64,000 nt of DNA from Candidatus Heimdallarchaeota archaeon (lineage in GTDB: Archaea; Asgardarchaeota; Heimdallarchaeia; Heimdallarchaeales; Heimdallarchaeaceae): contig JAEOSZ010000111.1 of the NCBI GenBank assembly GCA_016840095.1, positions 1 to 64,000 of the forward strand. Direction: 5' to 3'. A program made the position numbers and the translations under genes. Below are positions 1 through 9,563 of the stretch, piece by piece (the stretch's first letter is position 1; the number at the start of each line of letters is the position of its first letter). The notes beneath the pieces were generated by a model. That model had not been told where the DNA came from. It searched no databases and was given only the letters and a program-made list of their open reading frames with translations.

Positions 1-66
1 AGTTTGATAATCAAGCCAATTATCAATGAGATGTAAGGTCTGTTTAATCATCTCTTTGTATGACAT
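1..66 (-). CDS. Partial CDS (5' end only, runs off window), hypothetical protein
   Basis: ATG at 66-64 opens MSYKEMIKQTLHLIDNWLDYQT with no stop before the window edge; divergent from the 233 gene. Confidence 0.5.
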   Translation of the reverse strand, partial: MSYKEMIKQTLHLIDNWLDYQT

Positions 67-232
67 ATCTTGAAGAAAATATACGTATTAAAAACTGTTA
101 CTATGAAATATAAATACTTTTGATTCCTTAGAAGGAAAAATTCATCTTTCACTGTAATTACAGAAATAACTATTTCCAAGGTTTCCAGATAGATTTATTA
201 ATTATTAATCAGTTGAATTATAATTGTATATT

Positions 233-1891
233 ATGAAAGCAAAAACTAAACAAATCATGATTTTAATCACTTTAGTAATTACAAATTTGTTCTATATTGG
301 CCTTCTGCAATACTCCACTCCAACTGTACAAGCTGAAGATTGCACTCCCTGTATTAAGGAAGCTCCTTCTTACAATGAACTACAAGGTGCTTGGATTATT
401 CTTGGTGGAGATACATCGGATCATAGAGATATGATGGAGATTCAGAATGCATGTAATATAACTTATGAAGTTCTAAGAGGTAATGGGTTTACTTCAGAGC
501 AAATATTCTATATGGGTCCAGAAGTCGATCCAATAACCCAACCTTATGTAAATTGGTCTTCAACAAAAGCTAGTCTTCAATATGCAATTGAAACTTGGGC
601 TCCACAACATGTTAGTACCGACCAAGGTTTAGGTATAGCAATCTTTACTCATGGCAATGTTGATGCTCTTGCAGTGATGGTTGGTGATACTTTGTGGGCT
701 AATACATTTAGCACATATCTGGATAATTTTGAAGCTGCTACAGGATGTAAAAGAATTATTATTGTAATTGAATCATGCCATTCTGGTTCATTTATTGATA
801 ATGTGAGTAAAGATAATAGAATAATTGTGACTTCAGCCCATACACTAAAAGGTGCATCCTTCAATGTTCATAGAACAAATGGACTTTTCTCAGAAGCCTT
901 TTGGTCATCAATAGCTTCTTGTGATACAATAGGAAGAGCATTTGAAATATCTTGTAACCACGTTAGAAATATTGGTAGTAAACAAACACCACAGCTTGAT
1001 GATAATCATGATGGTTGGGGAAATACTGTACCACCATATAGTCTTTTACCTTTAGGTGGGGATGGTTTTGATGCTCTAAATGTAAAGATTCAAGGTGCAC
1101 ATACAGAATGTTATCCTAAAATTGAATTAGGGAAAGTTCCCTTGCATATGTATGAGATTTGGGATCCTTTTTCGAGTGTTTTCAATTTTGATGTAGAAGT
1201 TAATAGCTCTACAGGAATAAGTAAAGTTTTAGCAAGATTTGTTCCTTTAGGTTGGGAACCCATTGATCCACTGGATGGGTATTTGTATGATATTAATGAT
1301 GCTACAATTAGAATTATTGAATTAGAATCTCCATTGATGAATGGTGTTTATTCAAGTGACGGAGCTTTCGACAGTCTTGCCCTAGGTGATTCATTCATTG
1401 TCAATATTCTAGCTTATGACGAGAATGGAATGGTTTCTGATGTTGTGAATACTTATCTCTCTTTCAATGCAGATGGAATAGCACCTCAAGATACAGAACC
1501 TCCACTAATTGCAATTTCAAGTCCTCCTCCAGATGATAATCTAGAAGGAATGGTAGAGATAATTGCTCAAGGTGATGATAATCAAGCATTGGAGAATATA
1601 GATCTCTACATTGATGGTTTACTAGTTGATAGTTTAGTTATGCCAAATTATTATCCATATCCAATGCTTCAATTCATGTGCAATACTAGTCTCTATGATG
1701 AAGGTCAGCATAACATCACAGCTGTTGCAATAGATAGTGCTGGATTATCTAACCAAACATCGATATTTGTTAAATTTGATAACTTGAATAACGAGCTTAT
1801 TTATTATGCTGCAGGTATTGGAGGAGGGATTGTCATTATTGGATCAGCAGCAGTGATTGTGAGATTTCTATTGAGAAGAAGAGCAAAATAG
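233..1891 (+). CDS. Secreted/membrane-anchored clan CD cysteine peptidase (C13 legumain-like) with Ig-like domain and C-terminal TM helix
   Basis: N-terminal hydrophobic segment; His-Gly (FTHGN) and Cys (IESCHSGSF) dyad; QTPQLDDN motif; Ig-like DTEPP..ISSP..G.HNITAVAID; TM plus RRRAK. ATG 233 preferred over TTG 224. Confidence 0.75.
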   Translation: MKAKTKQIMILITLVITNLFYIGLLQYSTPTVQAEDCTPCIKEAPSYNELQGAWIILGGDTSDHRDMMEIQNACNITYEVLRGNGFTSEQIFYMGPEVDPITQPYVNWSSTKASLQYAIETWAPQHVSTDQGLGIAIFTHGNVDALAVMVGDTLWANTFSTYLDNFEAATGCKRIIIVIESCHSGSFIDNVSKDNRIIVTSAHTLKGASFNVHRTNGLFSEAFWSSIASCDTIGRAFEISCNHVRNIGSKQTPQLDDNHDGWGNTVPPYSLLPLGGDGFDALNVKIQGAHTECYPKIELGKVPLHMYEIWDPFSSVFNFDVEVNSSTGISKVLARFVPLGWEPIDPLDGYLYDINDATIRIIELESPLMNGVYSSDGAFDSLALGDSFIVNILAYDENGMVSDVVNTYLSFNADGIAPQDTEPPLIAISSPPPDDNLEGMVEIIAQGDDNQALENIDLYIDGLLVDSLVMPNYYPYPMLQFMCNTSLYDEGQHNITAVAIDSAGLSNQTSIFVKFDNLNNELIYYAAGIGGGIVIIGSAAVIVRFLLRRRAK

Positions 1892-1911
1892 AAACCTCCC
1901 TCTCCTATTTT

Positions 1912-2856
1912 CTATTTTTTTTCCATAAGAGCGAGGAATGATATAAGTTCATAGACAATATTTGCTGCTAAGAGAGCAGTAATCTCTGAAGGATCAAATG
2001 CAGGTAAAACCTCAACAACATCAAATCCAACGTAATTTAATTCAGATAAACCCCTAATAATCTCTAACGTTTCTCCACTAGTAAAACCCCCTACTTCAGG
2101 TGTTCCTGTTCCTGGAGCATATGCTGGATCAACAAAATCAATATCGAAGGATAGAAAGACTTTGGTTTTTCCAACTCTCTCCTTAATTCGATTTATGAGC
2201 GAATCCAAACCCATTTCTCTAATTTCTTCAGTAGTAATAACTTCTAAACCTAGTGATTTTGGAATCTCTAAATGCTCTGATGAGTAGATTGAGCCTCTTA
2301 GTCCTACTTGAATAGAATTTTCAACAAGTAGTAAATTTTCTTCAATTGCTCTTTTGAATGGAGTACCATGGTTATATGGTTTACCAAAATACTCATCAAT
2401 TGTATCGCTATGAGAATCAAAGTGCACCAAACTTAGAGGACCATGAATCTTTGCTAAAGCTCTTAATTCTGGTAATGTTATTGAATGATCTCCTCCAAGT
2501 AGAATTGGGATAATACCAGCTTCAACAACTGGACTCAAACTCTCTTCAATTCTTTTGTATCCCTCTTCGATATATCCTGGCACAACAGGTAAGTCTCCAT
2601 AATCAATACCTGAAATGTATTCAAAGGGGCTAATGTTCAATGTAGGGTTGTGGTGTCGTAGAAGAGCTGATGTTTTTCGGATTGCTGCAGGACCCTCTCT
2701 TTGTCCTGTTCTAAAAGATGCTCCTGCATCTGAAGGGACACCTATTATTGCAAAATCTACATCATCTAATTTTTTAACATAAGGTAATCTCATAAAAGTT
2801 TTAATTCCTGAAAATCTTGGTGATTTTATTGGATCAACTGGTTTATACTTCTTCAT
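1912..2856 (-). CDS. speB: Agmatinase (ureohydrolase family)
   Basis: GGDHSIT, DSHSD, SFDIDFVDP, PGTGTPEVGG and DVVEV motifs. Confidence 0.9.
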   Translation of the reverse strand: MKKYKPVDPIKSPRFSGIKTFMRLPYVKKLDDVDFAIIGVPSDAGASFRTGQREGPAAIRKTSALLRHHNPTLNISPFEYISGIDYGDLPVVPGYIEEGYKRIEESLSPVVEAGIIPILLGGDHSITLPELRALAKIHGPLSLVHFDSHSDTIDEYFGKPYNHGTPFKRAIEENLLLVENSIQVGLRGSIYSSEHLEIPKSLGLEVITTEEIREMGLDSLINRIKERVGKTKVFLSFDIDFVDPAYAPGTGTPEVGGFTSGETLEIIRGLSELNYVGFDVVEVLPAFDPSEITALLAANIVYELISFLALMEKK

Positions 2857-2975
2857 TGATAATCACTAAAGTGAAATGATATTAATTTACTGACTTAAAT
2901 AATATTCTAGCATAATCCAATTATAATGAAAAAAGAAGAAAATTGAAGATGAGTTAGTACTCATCATTTTTCAGA

Positions 2976-4331
2976 TTATTTTCGTCTCAACATCTTTCGT
3001 GAGATCATTTCTAGTGCCTGAGTTACTGGATAAATTGTTTCATTTACAGCTGGAGCATAACATAGATCTGATTGTAGAAGCTCAATAAATGTCATCTCGT
3101 TTTGCATTCCTAAGGAGATTATATTCAAATTGTCTGTAATAGAATCAGGTCCAATTGCTTGTGCACCAAGGATTTTTCCAGTGTTTTTATCTGCAAGTAT
3201 TTTGAAATATAGTTCTTCAGCATCTGGCATATAATGTGGTTTATTAGTTGTTTTAATTTTGGCAGAAACAACCTCAAAACCTGCATCTTCTGCAGCTTTT
3301 TTGATAAGACCAACTGAGCCTACTCTGAGATCAACATATGGTACTATGAAATTATTCATTGTTCCTGGGAATGTCAATGTTCCAGGTTTAGCAATGGTCA
3401 TTGCTGCTACTCTAGCCATTCTAACACAGCAAGTTGCAATTGCTGAATTGATAGGTTTCTTTGAGACTAAATGAATGGTCTCAGCACAATCTCCGACAGC
3501 TAGGATATTTGGATCAGATGTTTTTAATTCTTCATCTGTCCAGATTGCCCAAGATTCACCTATTTTCAAACCTGCTTCTTCGGCCAAAGTTACTTCTGGT
3601 CCAACTCCTGTAGCTGCAACAACGAAATCACAATCGAAATCTCCTTGGTCAGTTGTAATTTTTGTAGCCATACCATTTTCATCTAGAATTATCTCTTTTA
3701 TTCCTACACCGATAACGAATTTCAGTTTTGGTAATCTCTCTTCAAGAATCTTAACTGTATCGTTTGCATAGTCAGGATCAATTAGAAGACGCATGATTCT
3801 GGATCTTGCTAAAACAACTGTTTCTATACCTCTGTGTGCTAACTCTGTTGCAACTTCTAAACCAATAGCTGAAGCTCCTAGAACTACAACTTTTGATGCA
3901 TCTTTAGCTGCTTCTCGAATCTTTGCTGAATCTTCTATCCATTTTAAAGCATGGACATTTTTCCCGTCAGCTCCTGGTATTGGAGGGTATTTAGCTTTGG
4001 AACCAGTGCAAAGAACAAGATAGTCATATTCAACATCAAAAATTTCATCATTTGCAAGGTTTTTGACACTAACTTTCTTATTCTCTCTATCAATTTTGAG
4101 AGCTTCATGTCGACGTAGAAAATTAATTTTCATCATATCGTAATTTAATGTTTCAATTAGAGGACTTTCGTCTTCCCAAAGACCACCAATAGCATATGGC
4201 ATTGCACAGGGGTGATAAGCATCATAATCTTTCTTATCGATAACTGTGATTTCCGCGTTTCTATCCCATGCTCGAAGGGTAGTAGCTGATGTCCAGCCTG
4301 AAGAACCGTGTCCGATATAAACAACCTTCAT
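2976..4331 (-). CDS. FAD-dependent pyridine nucleotide-disulfide oxidoreductase (NADH oxidase/CoA-disulfide reductase family)
   Basis: Single redox Cys (YHPCAMPY), CTGS, GASAIGLE NADH-binding, AVGDC, C-terminal YAP dimerisation motif. Confidence 0.85.
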   Translation of the reverse strand: MKVVYIGHGSSGWTSATTLRAWDRNAEITVIDKKDYDAYHPCAMPYAIGGLWEDESPLIETLNYDMMKINFLRRHEALKIDRENKKVSVKNLANDEIFDVEYDYLVLCTGSKAKYPPIPGADGKNVHALKWIEDSAKIREAAKDASKVVVLGASAIGLEVATELAHRGIETVVLARSRIMRLLIDPDYANDTVKILEERLPKLKFVIGVGIKEIILDENGMATKITTDQGDFDCDFVVAATGVGPEVTLAEEAGLKIGESWAIWTDEELKTSDPNILAVGDCAETIHLVSKKPINSAIATCCVRMARVAAMTIAKPGTLTFPGTMNNFIVPYVDLRVGSVGLIKKAAEDAGFEVVSAKIKTTNKPHYMPDAEELYFKILADKNTGKILGAQAIGPDSITDNLNIISLGMQNEMTFIELLQSDLCYAPAVNETIYPVTQALEMISRKMLRRK

Positions 4332-4425
4332 GTTCGAAAACTCTGATTAGACTTTATTAAATTTACGAATAAGCTACGTTTAATGTACAATAATTTTCAT
4401 AACTGAAAAATTAAAGAAGAAGAGA

Positions 4426-6315
4426 TTAGACTAATTCTAAATTTAGTTTCTCCAAAGGTTGAAATAATTCTACTCCTGTTCTTTCTTTAACCCATGAAAT
4501 TATGTGCTTGTAGAGTTTATTATAATCAAACTCTTGATTCTTGTTTTTGCCTGGAATAACTAACTGATGTTTCTCTCCTACTTCTAGAGCTTTCTCATAG
4601 CCTGCAGCTGCATGTCTTAGAACTGCACTCATTGGATCCCAAGTAAGTACTCTGAATAACCTTTCTTGTGATAATCTTGAGCCATCAGCTAAAATTACTT
4701 GTCCTGCATGAAGAGAATATCCTACTCCCACACCTCCTCCACCATGATAGGAAACCCAAGTTGCGCCACTCAGAGCATTCCCCATTAGGTTTAGAACTGC
4801 ATAGTCACCAATGGCATCACTACCGTCCTTCATTCCTTCAGTTTCTCTATTTGGAGAAGCAACACTACCTCCATCAAGATGATCTCTTCCAATAACAACA
4901 GGTGCTTTGAGAATTCCATCAGCGACAAGTTTGTTCATTAGCATTCCAAATGCTGCTCTTCCCACAAATCCTGCCCAGAAAACTCTTGCGGGTAATCCAT
5001 TTTCAAAAGGTATGTATTTGTCTGCTAATTCTAGCCAATTTACTAATTGATCATCATCAAAGAACAACTTTTTTGCATATTCATCTGTTATTCGGATATC
5101 TTTAGGATCATTACTCAGTGCCATCCATCTGAAAGGGCCCTTTCCTTCACAGAAAAGAGGTCTGACATATTCCAACACAAACCCTCCATAGTTGAATGCA
5201 TCCTTGACACCCAATTCATATGCTTGCTGTCTTATGTTGTTTCCATAATCAAATGTTTCAGCTCCTCGTTTAGTTAATTCGACCATTTGAGTAACATGAC
5301 GAACAACAGTTTTTCTAGAGAGCTCAAGATATTCTTCAGGGCTTTCAACTCTAAGTATATCTGCTTCATCATATGAAATCCCCATTGGATAATAACCATT
5401 CAGTAAATCATGGGCTGATGTTTGATCAGTGAGAACGTGTGGTGTAATGTTATTATCAACTAGATATTGCAATAAATCAACAGCATTGCATAATACTCCA
5501 ATAGAAATAAACTGATTCTTATCAGCTGCTTCTTTTGCAATATTAATTGCTTCTTCAATAGATTCTGTTTTATAATCAAGGTAAGGTGCTCCCTGTTCTC
5601 TTCCAGTTTCAAACATTCTATCTATTAGATTTGGATTAACTTCAGCAACTATAGCAATTTTTCCGCACATTTTTATGGATAGAGGTTGTGCTCCACTCAT
5701 TAAACCTAAACCTGCACTTACAATTATCTTTTTCTCAAAATTTGATAATTTTTGATAAGATTCTTTTTTTTCTGCAGCCTTTATTGCAGCTGCAATGGTT
5801 TCATAAGTCCCCTGAATTATTCCTTGTAATCCTATGAAAATAAAAGATCCTGCAGTCATCTGACCATAAACAGAAATTCCAGCACCTACGAATTCCTCAA
5901 AATTAGGTGTCCAATGAGGAACAATGACGCTGTTAGTTATAACGCATCTAGGAGACCATCGAGTTGTTTGCATCTTACCATAAGGGACTCCAGACTGCAA
6001 GAAGAGAGTTTCATTTGATTCTAAATTTTTTAAGAGGTCTATTGTTTCATAAAATGATTTCCAATCTCTAGCTACTTTTCCTGAACCACCATAAATATAC
6101 AATGACTCCCAATCTCTTCCATTATGTAAATTAGATATCATTGCTCTTATTATTGCTTCAGTTTCCCATCCTGCTTTTGTGCTAGATTTCAGAGCTTCTT
6201 CACCCTTTGGTAGGGGGGGAATCTCATCGGGTTTAAATTTGAGTTTTAATCTCTCTTCCTCTGATAACCTGTGTTTTCCTGAAATGATTTCTTCCATTCT
6301 GTTTCGAAATTCCAT
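4426..6315 (-). CDS. hutU: Urocanate hydratase
   Basis: YGGSGKVAR, YGQMTAGS, QGIIQGTYET, TDQTSAHD, DYGNNIR, GKGPFRW, GRDHLD, SPNRETE, HGGGGVG motifs. Confidence 0.95.
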   Translation of the reverse strand: MEFRNRMEEIISGKHRLSEEERLKLKFKPDEIPPLPKGEEALKSSTKAGWETEAIIRAMISNLHNGRDWESLYIYGGSGKVARDWKSFYETIDLLKNLESNETLFLQSGVPYGKMQTTRWSPRCVITNSVIVPHWTPNFEEFVGAGISVYGQMTAGSFIFIGLQGIIQGTYETIAAAIKAAEKKESYQKLSNFEKKIIVSAGLGLMSGAQPLSIKMCGKIAIVAEVNPNLIDRMFETGREQGAPYLDYKTESIEEAINIAKEAADKNQFISIGVLCNAVDLLQYLVDNNITPHVLTDQTSAHDLLNGYYPMGISYDEADILRVESPEEYLELSRKTVVRHVTQMVELTKRGAETFDYGNNIRQQAYELGVKDAFNYGGFVLEYVRPLFCEGKGPFRWMALSNDPKDIRITDEYAKKLFFDDDQLVNWLELADKYIPFENGLPARVFWAGFVGRAAFGMLMNKLVADGILKAPVVIGRDHLDGGSVASPNRETEGMKDGSDAIGDYAVLNLMGNALSGATWVSYHGGGGVGVGYSLHAGQVILADGSRLSQERLFRVLTWDPMSAVLRHAAAGYEKALEVGEKHQLVIPGKNKNQEFDYNKLYKHIISWVKERTGVELFQPLEKLNLELV

Positions 6316-6484
6316 AGAATCACATTATCCTATCTCTGCATAAGAAGAGATATAGATATCAAAAATATTTCCCTCTGAATTTAAATAATCTGATTTTGAA
6401 TTTTGAGAAAGTGCCTTTGGAAGCTTTTAAAAATTAGATATTATTGGTAAACTTACTACTCAAAGTATTAGATTCACTAACTGT

Positions 6485-7189
6485 GTGACTATCATGAATT
6501 CTGAAATCAAAGTGTTTCTGGACAAAATATCTAAAGAAAATAGAACAATACTTACTTATGAGGAATCTAGAAGAGTGATGAATCTTGCTGAACTTCCTTT
6601 AAATAAAATGAAACTTGCTGAAAATCTAGATGAGTGTATATTGAAAGCTAATGAAATTAGTTATCCTATAGTACTCAAAATTGTTTCAGAAGACGTGATT
6701 CACAAATCTGATTCTGGAGGAGTAAAGGTTGGAATTTCATCTGATGAAGAATTACAGCAGTCATATGAGGAAATGCTGATTAATGTCAAGAATTATTATC
6801 CTAATGCAAAAATTCAAGGATTCAGTATAGAAGAGATGGTTAATGGTATTGAATTAATAGTAGGGACTAGTACAGATTCTCAATTTGGCAAAATGATTGC
6901 ACTTGGAATAGGTGGAATCTTTGTTGAGGTATACAAAGATGTTTCCTTTAGATTAATACCTGTAACTGAACAAGATGTGCTTGATATGATTGAAGAAATA
7001 CAAGGCAAAAAGATGTTTGAAGGCTTTAGAGGTTTGCCAGAAGTGAATACTAAAGAACTAATTTCTTTAATGTTAAAAGTCTCAAAATTGATTGAAGCAT
7101 TCCCACAAATTCATGAGATGGACCTCAATCCTATAGTAGCAACTATTGATGGTTTGAAAGCCATTGACGCACGAATAATTTTGAAATGA
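6485..7189 (+). CDS. acdB: Acyl-CoA synthetase (ADP-forming) beta subunit, ATP-grasp
   Basis: [23 protein letters not shown]...[25 protein letters not shown]. Start may be ATG 6494. Confidence 0.85.
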   Translation: MTIMNSEIKVFLDKISKENRTILTYEESRRVMNLAELPLNKMKLAENLDECILKANEISYPIVLKIVSEDVIHKSDSGGVKVGISSDEELQQSYEEMLINVKNYYPNAKIQGFSIEEMVNGIELIVGTSTDSQFGKMIALGIGGIFVEVYKDVSFRLIPVTEQDVLDMIEEIQGKKMFEGFRGLPEVNTKELISLMLKVSKLIEAFPQIHEMDLNPIVATIDGLKAIDARIILK

Positions 7190-7256
7190 AATTTCTTCTT
7201 TCAATGCTAAATCAAATACTTTTTATTTTAAAGTTAGTAGAGAACTTGGTGACATT

Positions 7257-7529
7257 ATGTCCAAGGTAAAAGCAAGTCATATTTTAGTAAAGAAGAGATC
7301 TTTAGCATCACAAATATTAGGTGAACTTCAATCTGGAGCTGATTTCAGAGAGCTAGCAAAAAAGCATTCAATTTGCTCATCTGGAAAGAAAGGAGGAGAT
7401 TTAGGATTCTTCACAAGAGGAAAAATGGTAAAGGAATTTGAAAAAACAGCATTTTCACTAGCAAAAGGAGAGCTTTCAGGTTTAGTGAAAACTGAATTTG
7501 GTTATCACATAATAAAACGAACAGGATAA
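7257..7529 (+). CDS. ppiC: Parvulin-type peptidyl-prolyl cis-trans isomerase
   Basis: [38 protein letters not shown]. Confidence 0.93.
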   Translation: MSKVKASHILVKKRSLASQILGELQSGADFRELAKKHSICSSGKKGGDLGFFTRGKMVKEFEKTAFSLAKGELSGLVKTEFGYHIIKRTG

Positions 7530-7614
7530 CATCTTTTTTATTCTTGCAAGAGAGAAATATTTATATTTAACAAAACGGTGTGTATGATTAACGCACACAC
7601 GATGGTGAATTAAG

Positions 7615-8274
7615 ATGTCAATAGATGTAGATGACAATATCAAAAGACAAGTAAAAGAGATTTTTCAACATATGGAAAATCAAGTAATTGCAAAGTTGTT
7701 TGTAGATAAAGAGAAGTGTTTGACTTGTGCTCAAACAAAAGAAATTATGGACTTGCTAGCTGAACTAGCTCCTGAAAACTTACTAAAGGTTGAGCTTTAC
7801 AATAAAGAAGAGAATCCACCTGAAATTCAGAAGTACAAGATTGAAAGATATCCAACAATACTTCTACATGGAAAGGAAGAATACAATGTTGTGATAACTG
7901 GTATACCAAGTGGATATGAATTTGGTTCCTTAGTTGAAGATATATTAGATATCTCTGCTGGAAAAATCACTCTCAAAAAGGAAAATCTAGAGAAAATTAA
8001 GAAAATTGACAAACCAATGAAAATTCAAGTTTTCGTTACACCAACCTGTCCATATTGTCCTGCTGCTGTAAGATTAGCACACAAAGCTGCAATGGCAAAT
8101 CTAAATATTTACGGAGAAATGGTTGAAGCTACAGAGTTTCCATTATTATCTCAGAAATATTTCGTAATGGGAGTACCTAAAACAGTTATCAATGAAGGTG
8201 CTGTAGAATTCGAAGGATCTTATCCAGAAGATAACTTTGTAGAAAAATTAATGGAAGCTTATGAAAAAGCTTAA
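7615..8274 (+). CDS. Protein disulfide oxidoreductase (PDO, two thioredoxin folds)
   Basis: CLTC and CPYC active sites, GIPSGYEF, VMGVPKT; GGTGA RBS upstream. Confidence 0.9.
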   Translation: MSIDVDDNIKRQVKEIFQHMENQVIAKLFVDKEKCLTCAQTKEIMDLLAELAPENLLKVELYNKEENPPEIQKYKIERYPTILLHGKEEYNVVITGIPSGYEFGSLVEDILDISAGKITLKKENLEKIKKIDKPMKIQVFVTPTCPYCPAAVRLAHKAAMANLNIYGEMVEATEFPLLSQKYFVMGVPKTVINEGAVEFEGSYPEDNFVEKLMEAYEKA

Positions 8275-8302
8275 TTCCATTTTTTTATCTTATTTTTAAA
8301 AA

Positions 8303-9481
8303 TCAATCATCTTGAATAATTTCACCTGGATCTTGTAGTTCTTCCTCGGGTTCTGGCTCAGGTTCTGGCTCTGGCTCAGCTTCTGGTTCTAGTTCTGGTT
8401 CTGGTTCTAGTTCAGCTTCTGGTTCAGCTTCTGGCTCTGGCTCAGCTTCTGGTTCAGCTTCTGGCTCTAGTTCAGGTTCTGGTTCAGCTTCTGGCTCTGG
8501 TTCAGGTTCTGGTTCTTTAGTGTCTTCAACTTGATCCGGTAATACTATTTCTTCAGTTTCTTCAGCTTGTTCTTCTCCCTCTTCCTCCTCTTTCTCGAAC
8601 CGTTTCTTATCCTTGAATAGTTTTTTCAGATTTTGTTCAACAATATCTACAACTGTTTTCTTCTGCATCTCTACTTCATTTAACTTCAGTTTAACGTCTT
8701 CTTCAGTCAGAACTTTTTTTGATTTTTTGTCTTCTTCGACAATCATAGCATTAACATAATCCTTTATCATATTCAGTCTCATATCTAATGCTTTGAAAGT
8801 TTCATGACTATCAACTTCAGTAATTTGATTTTTGACACCTTGTAATTCTAGAAGATATTGTTGTAGTTGAAAAGCATAATTTTCAAGCTTGTCAACCATT
8901 TGGAATACTCTCTTGTTGAGTTCTTTTTCTTCAATGTCTGCTTTAGTTACTCTTGCTTTTCTATCTTCTTTATCTGTGAAGAAAAGAATATGTACTTTTC
9001 CATAGACATAGAGTAAGAAAGGTAATGCACATAACATCACAAACACTGGAACAAAACTGATCAAGTAGATTGCAGCAATATCAGGTAAAGCTGGATATAG
9101 AGTGAAGAGAGGTAGCAATGCTTGTTCAAAAGCTGGAATAGTTTCATTTAGTATTATTGTGATAGCTCCGTAGAAGAGAACTACAGGTATTGAAATTCCT
9201 AGAGATTTCAAAAGTGGCATAAGCATATTAAATGTAGTATCTAATGAAACTTCATCTTTATACTGGTACAAACATTCTGTAACTGCTATTAATGCCACAA
9301 GAAAAGCTAGTGGAATTTCGAAAATTGCTAATATTAAAACATGTTTTCCAAAAACTGGTAAAAGGAGCAAACTAAATGCAGCTCCAACAATTAATGCGAA
9401 AATACTTTGATTAAGATTTCTCGTCATTCGAACATGAGGCATAATTATCATAAGACTTTGATTCAAAAAAAGGTTTTGCAT
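8303..9481 (-). CDS. Membrane protein (about 4 TM) with coiled coil and acidic Pro/Glu repeat tail
   Basis: N-terminal hydrophobic helices, charged helical middle, EPEPEAEPE repeats; true start probably a downstream ATG (MPHVR or MTRNL). Confidence 0.7.
   Translation of the reverse strand: MQNLFLNQSLMIIMPHVRMTRNLNQSIFALIVGAAFSLLLLPVFGKHVLILAIFEIPLAFLVALIAVTECLYQYKDEVSLDTTFNMLMPLLKSLGISIPVVLFYGAITIILNETIPAFEQALLPLFTLYPALPDIAAIYLISFVPVFVMLCALPFLLYVYGKVHILFFTDKEDRKARVTKADIEEKELNKRVFQMVDKLENYAFQLQQYLLELQGVKNQITEVDSHETFKALDMRLNMIKDYVNAMIVEEDKKSKKVLTEEDVKLKLNEVEMQKKTVVDIVEQNLKKLFKDKKRFEKEEEEGEEQAEETEEIVLPDQVEDTKEPEPEPEPEAEPEPELEPEAEPEAEPEPEAEPEAELEPEPELEPEAEPEPEPEPEPEEELQDPGEIIQDD
8341..8516 (-). 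repeat. Intragenic 6/18-bp tandem repeats encoding (E-P/A/L)n
   Basis: Runs of ttctggctc/ttctggttc/ttcagc units on the + strand; boundaries approximate. Confidence 0.85.
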
Positions 9482-9563
9482 GAAGGAAAAGAATTCAATT
9501 TCTTACTACAACCTTGTAATTCCACAAACTTTTATAATTATTGTATTTTTGATGTTTTAGAAA

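Noticed and set aside
8341-8516. Tandem repeats (also 36209-36280, 43979-44047, 47291-47397) as CRISPR arrays
   Set aside because: All are in-frame, intragenic and spaced in multiples of 3. There is no series of repeats with unique spacers and no cas genes.
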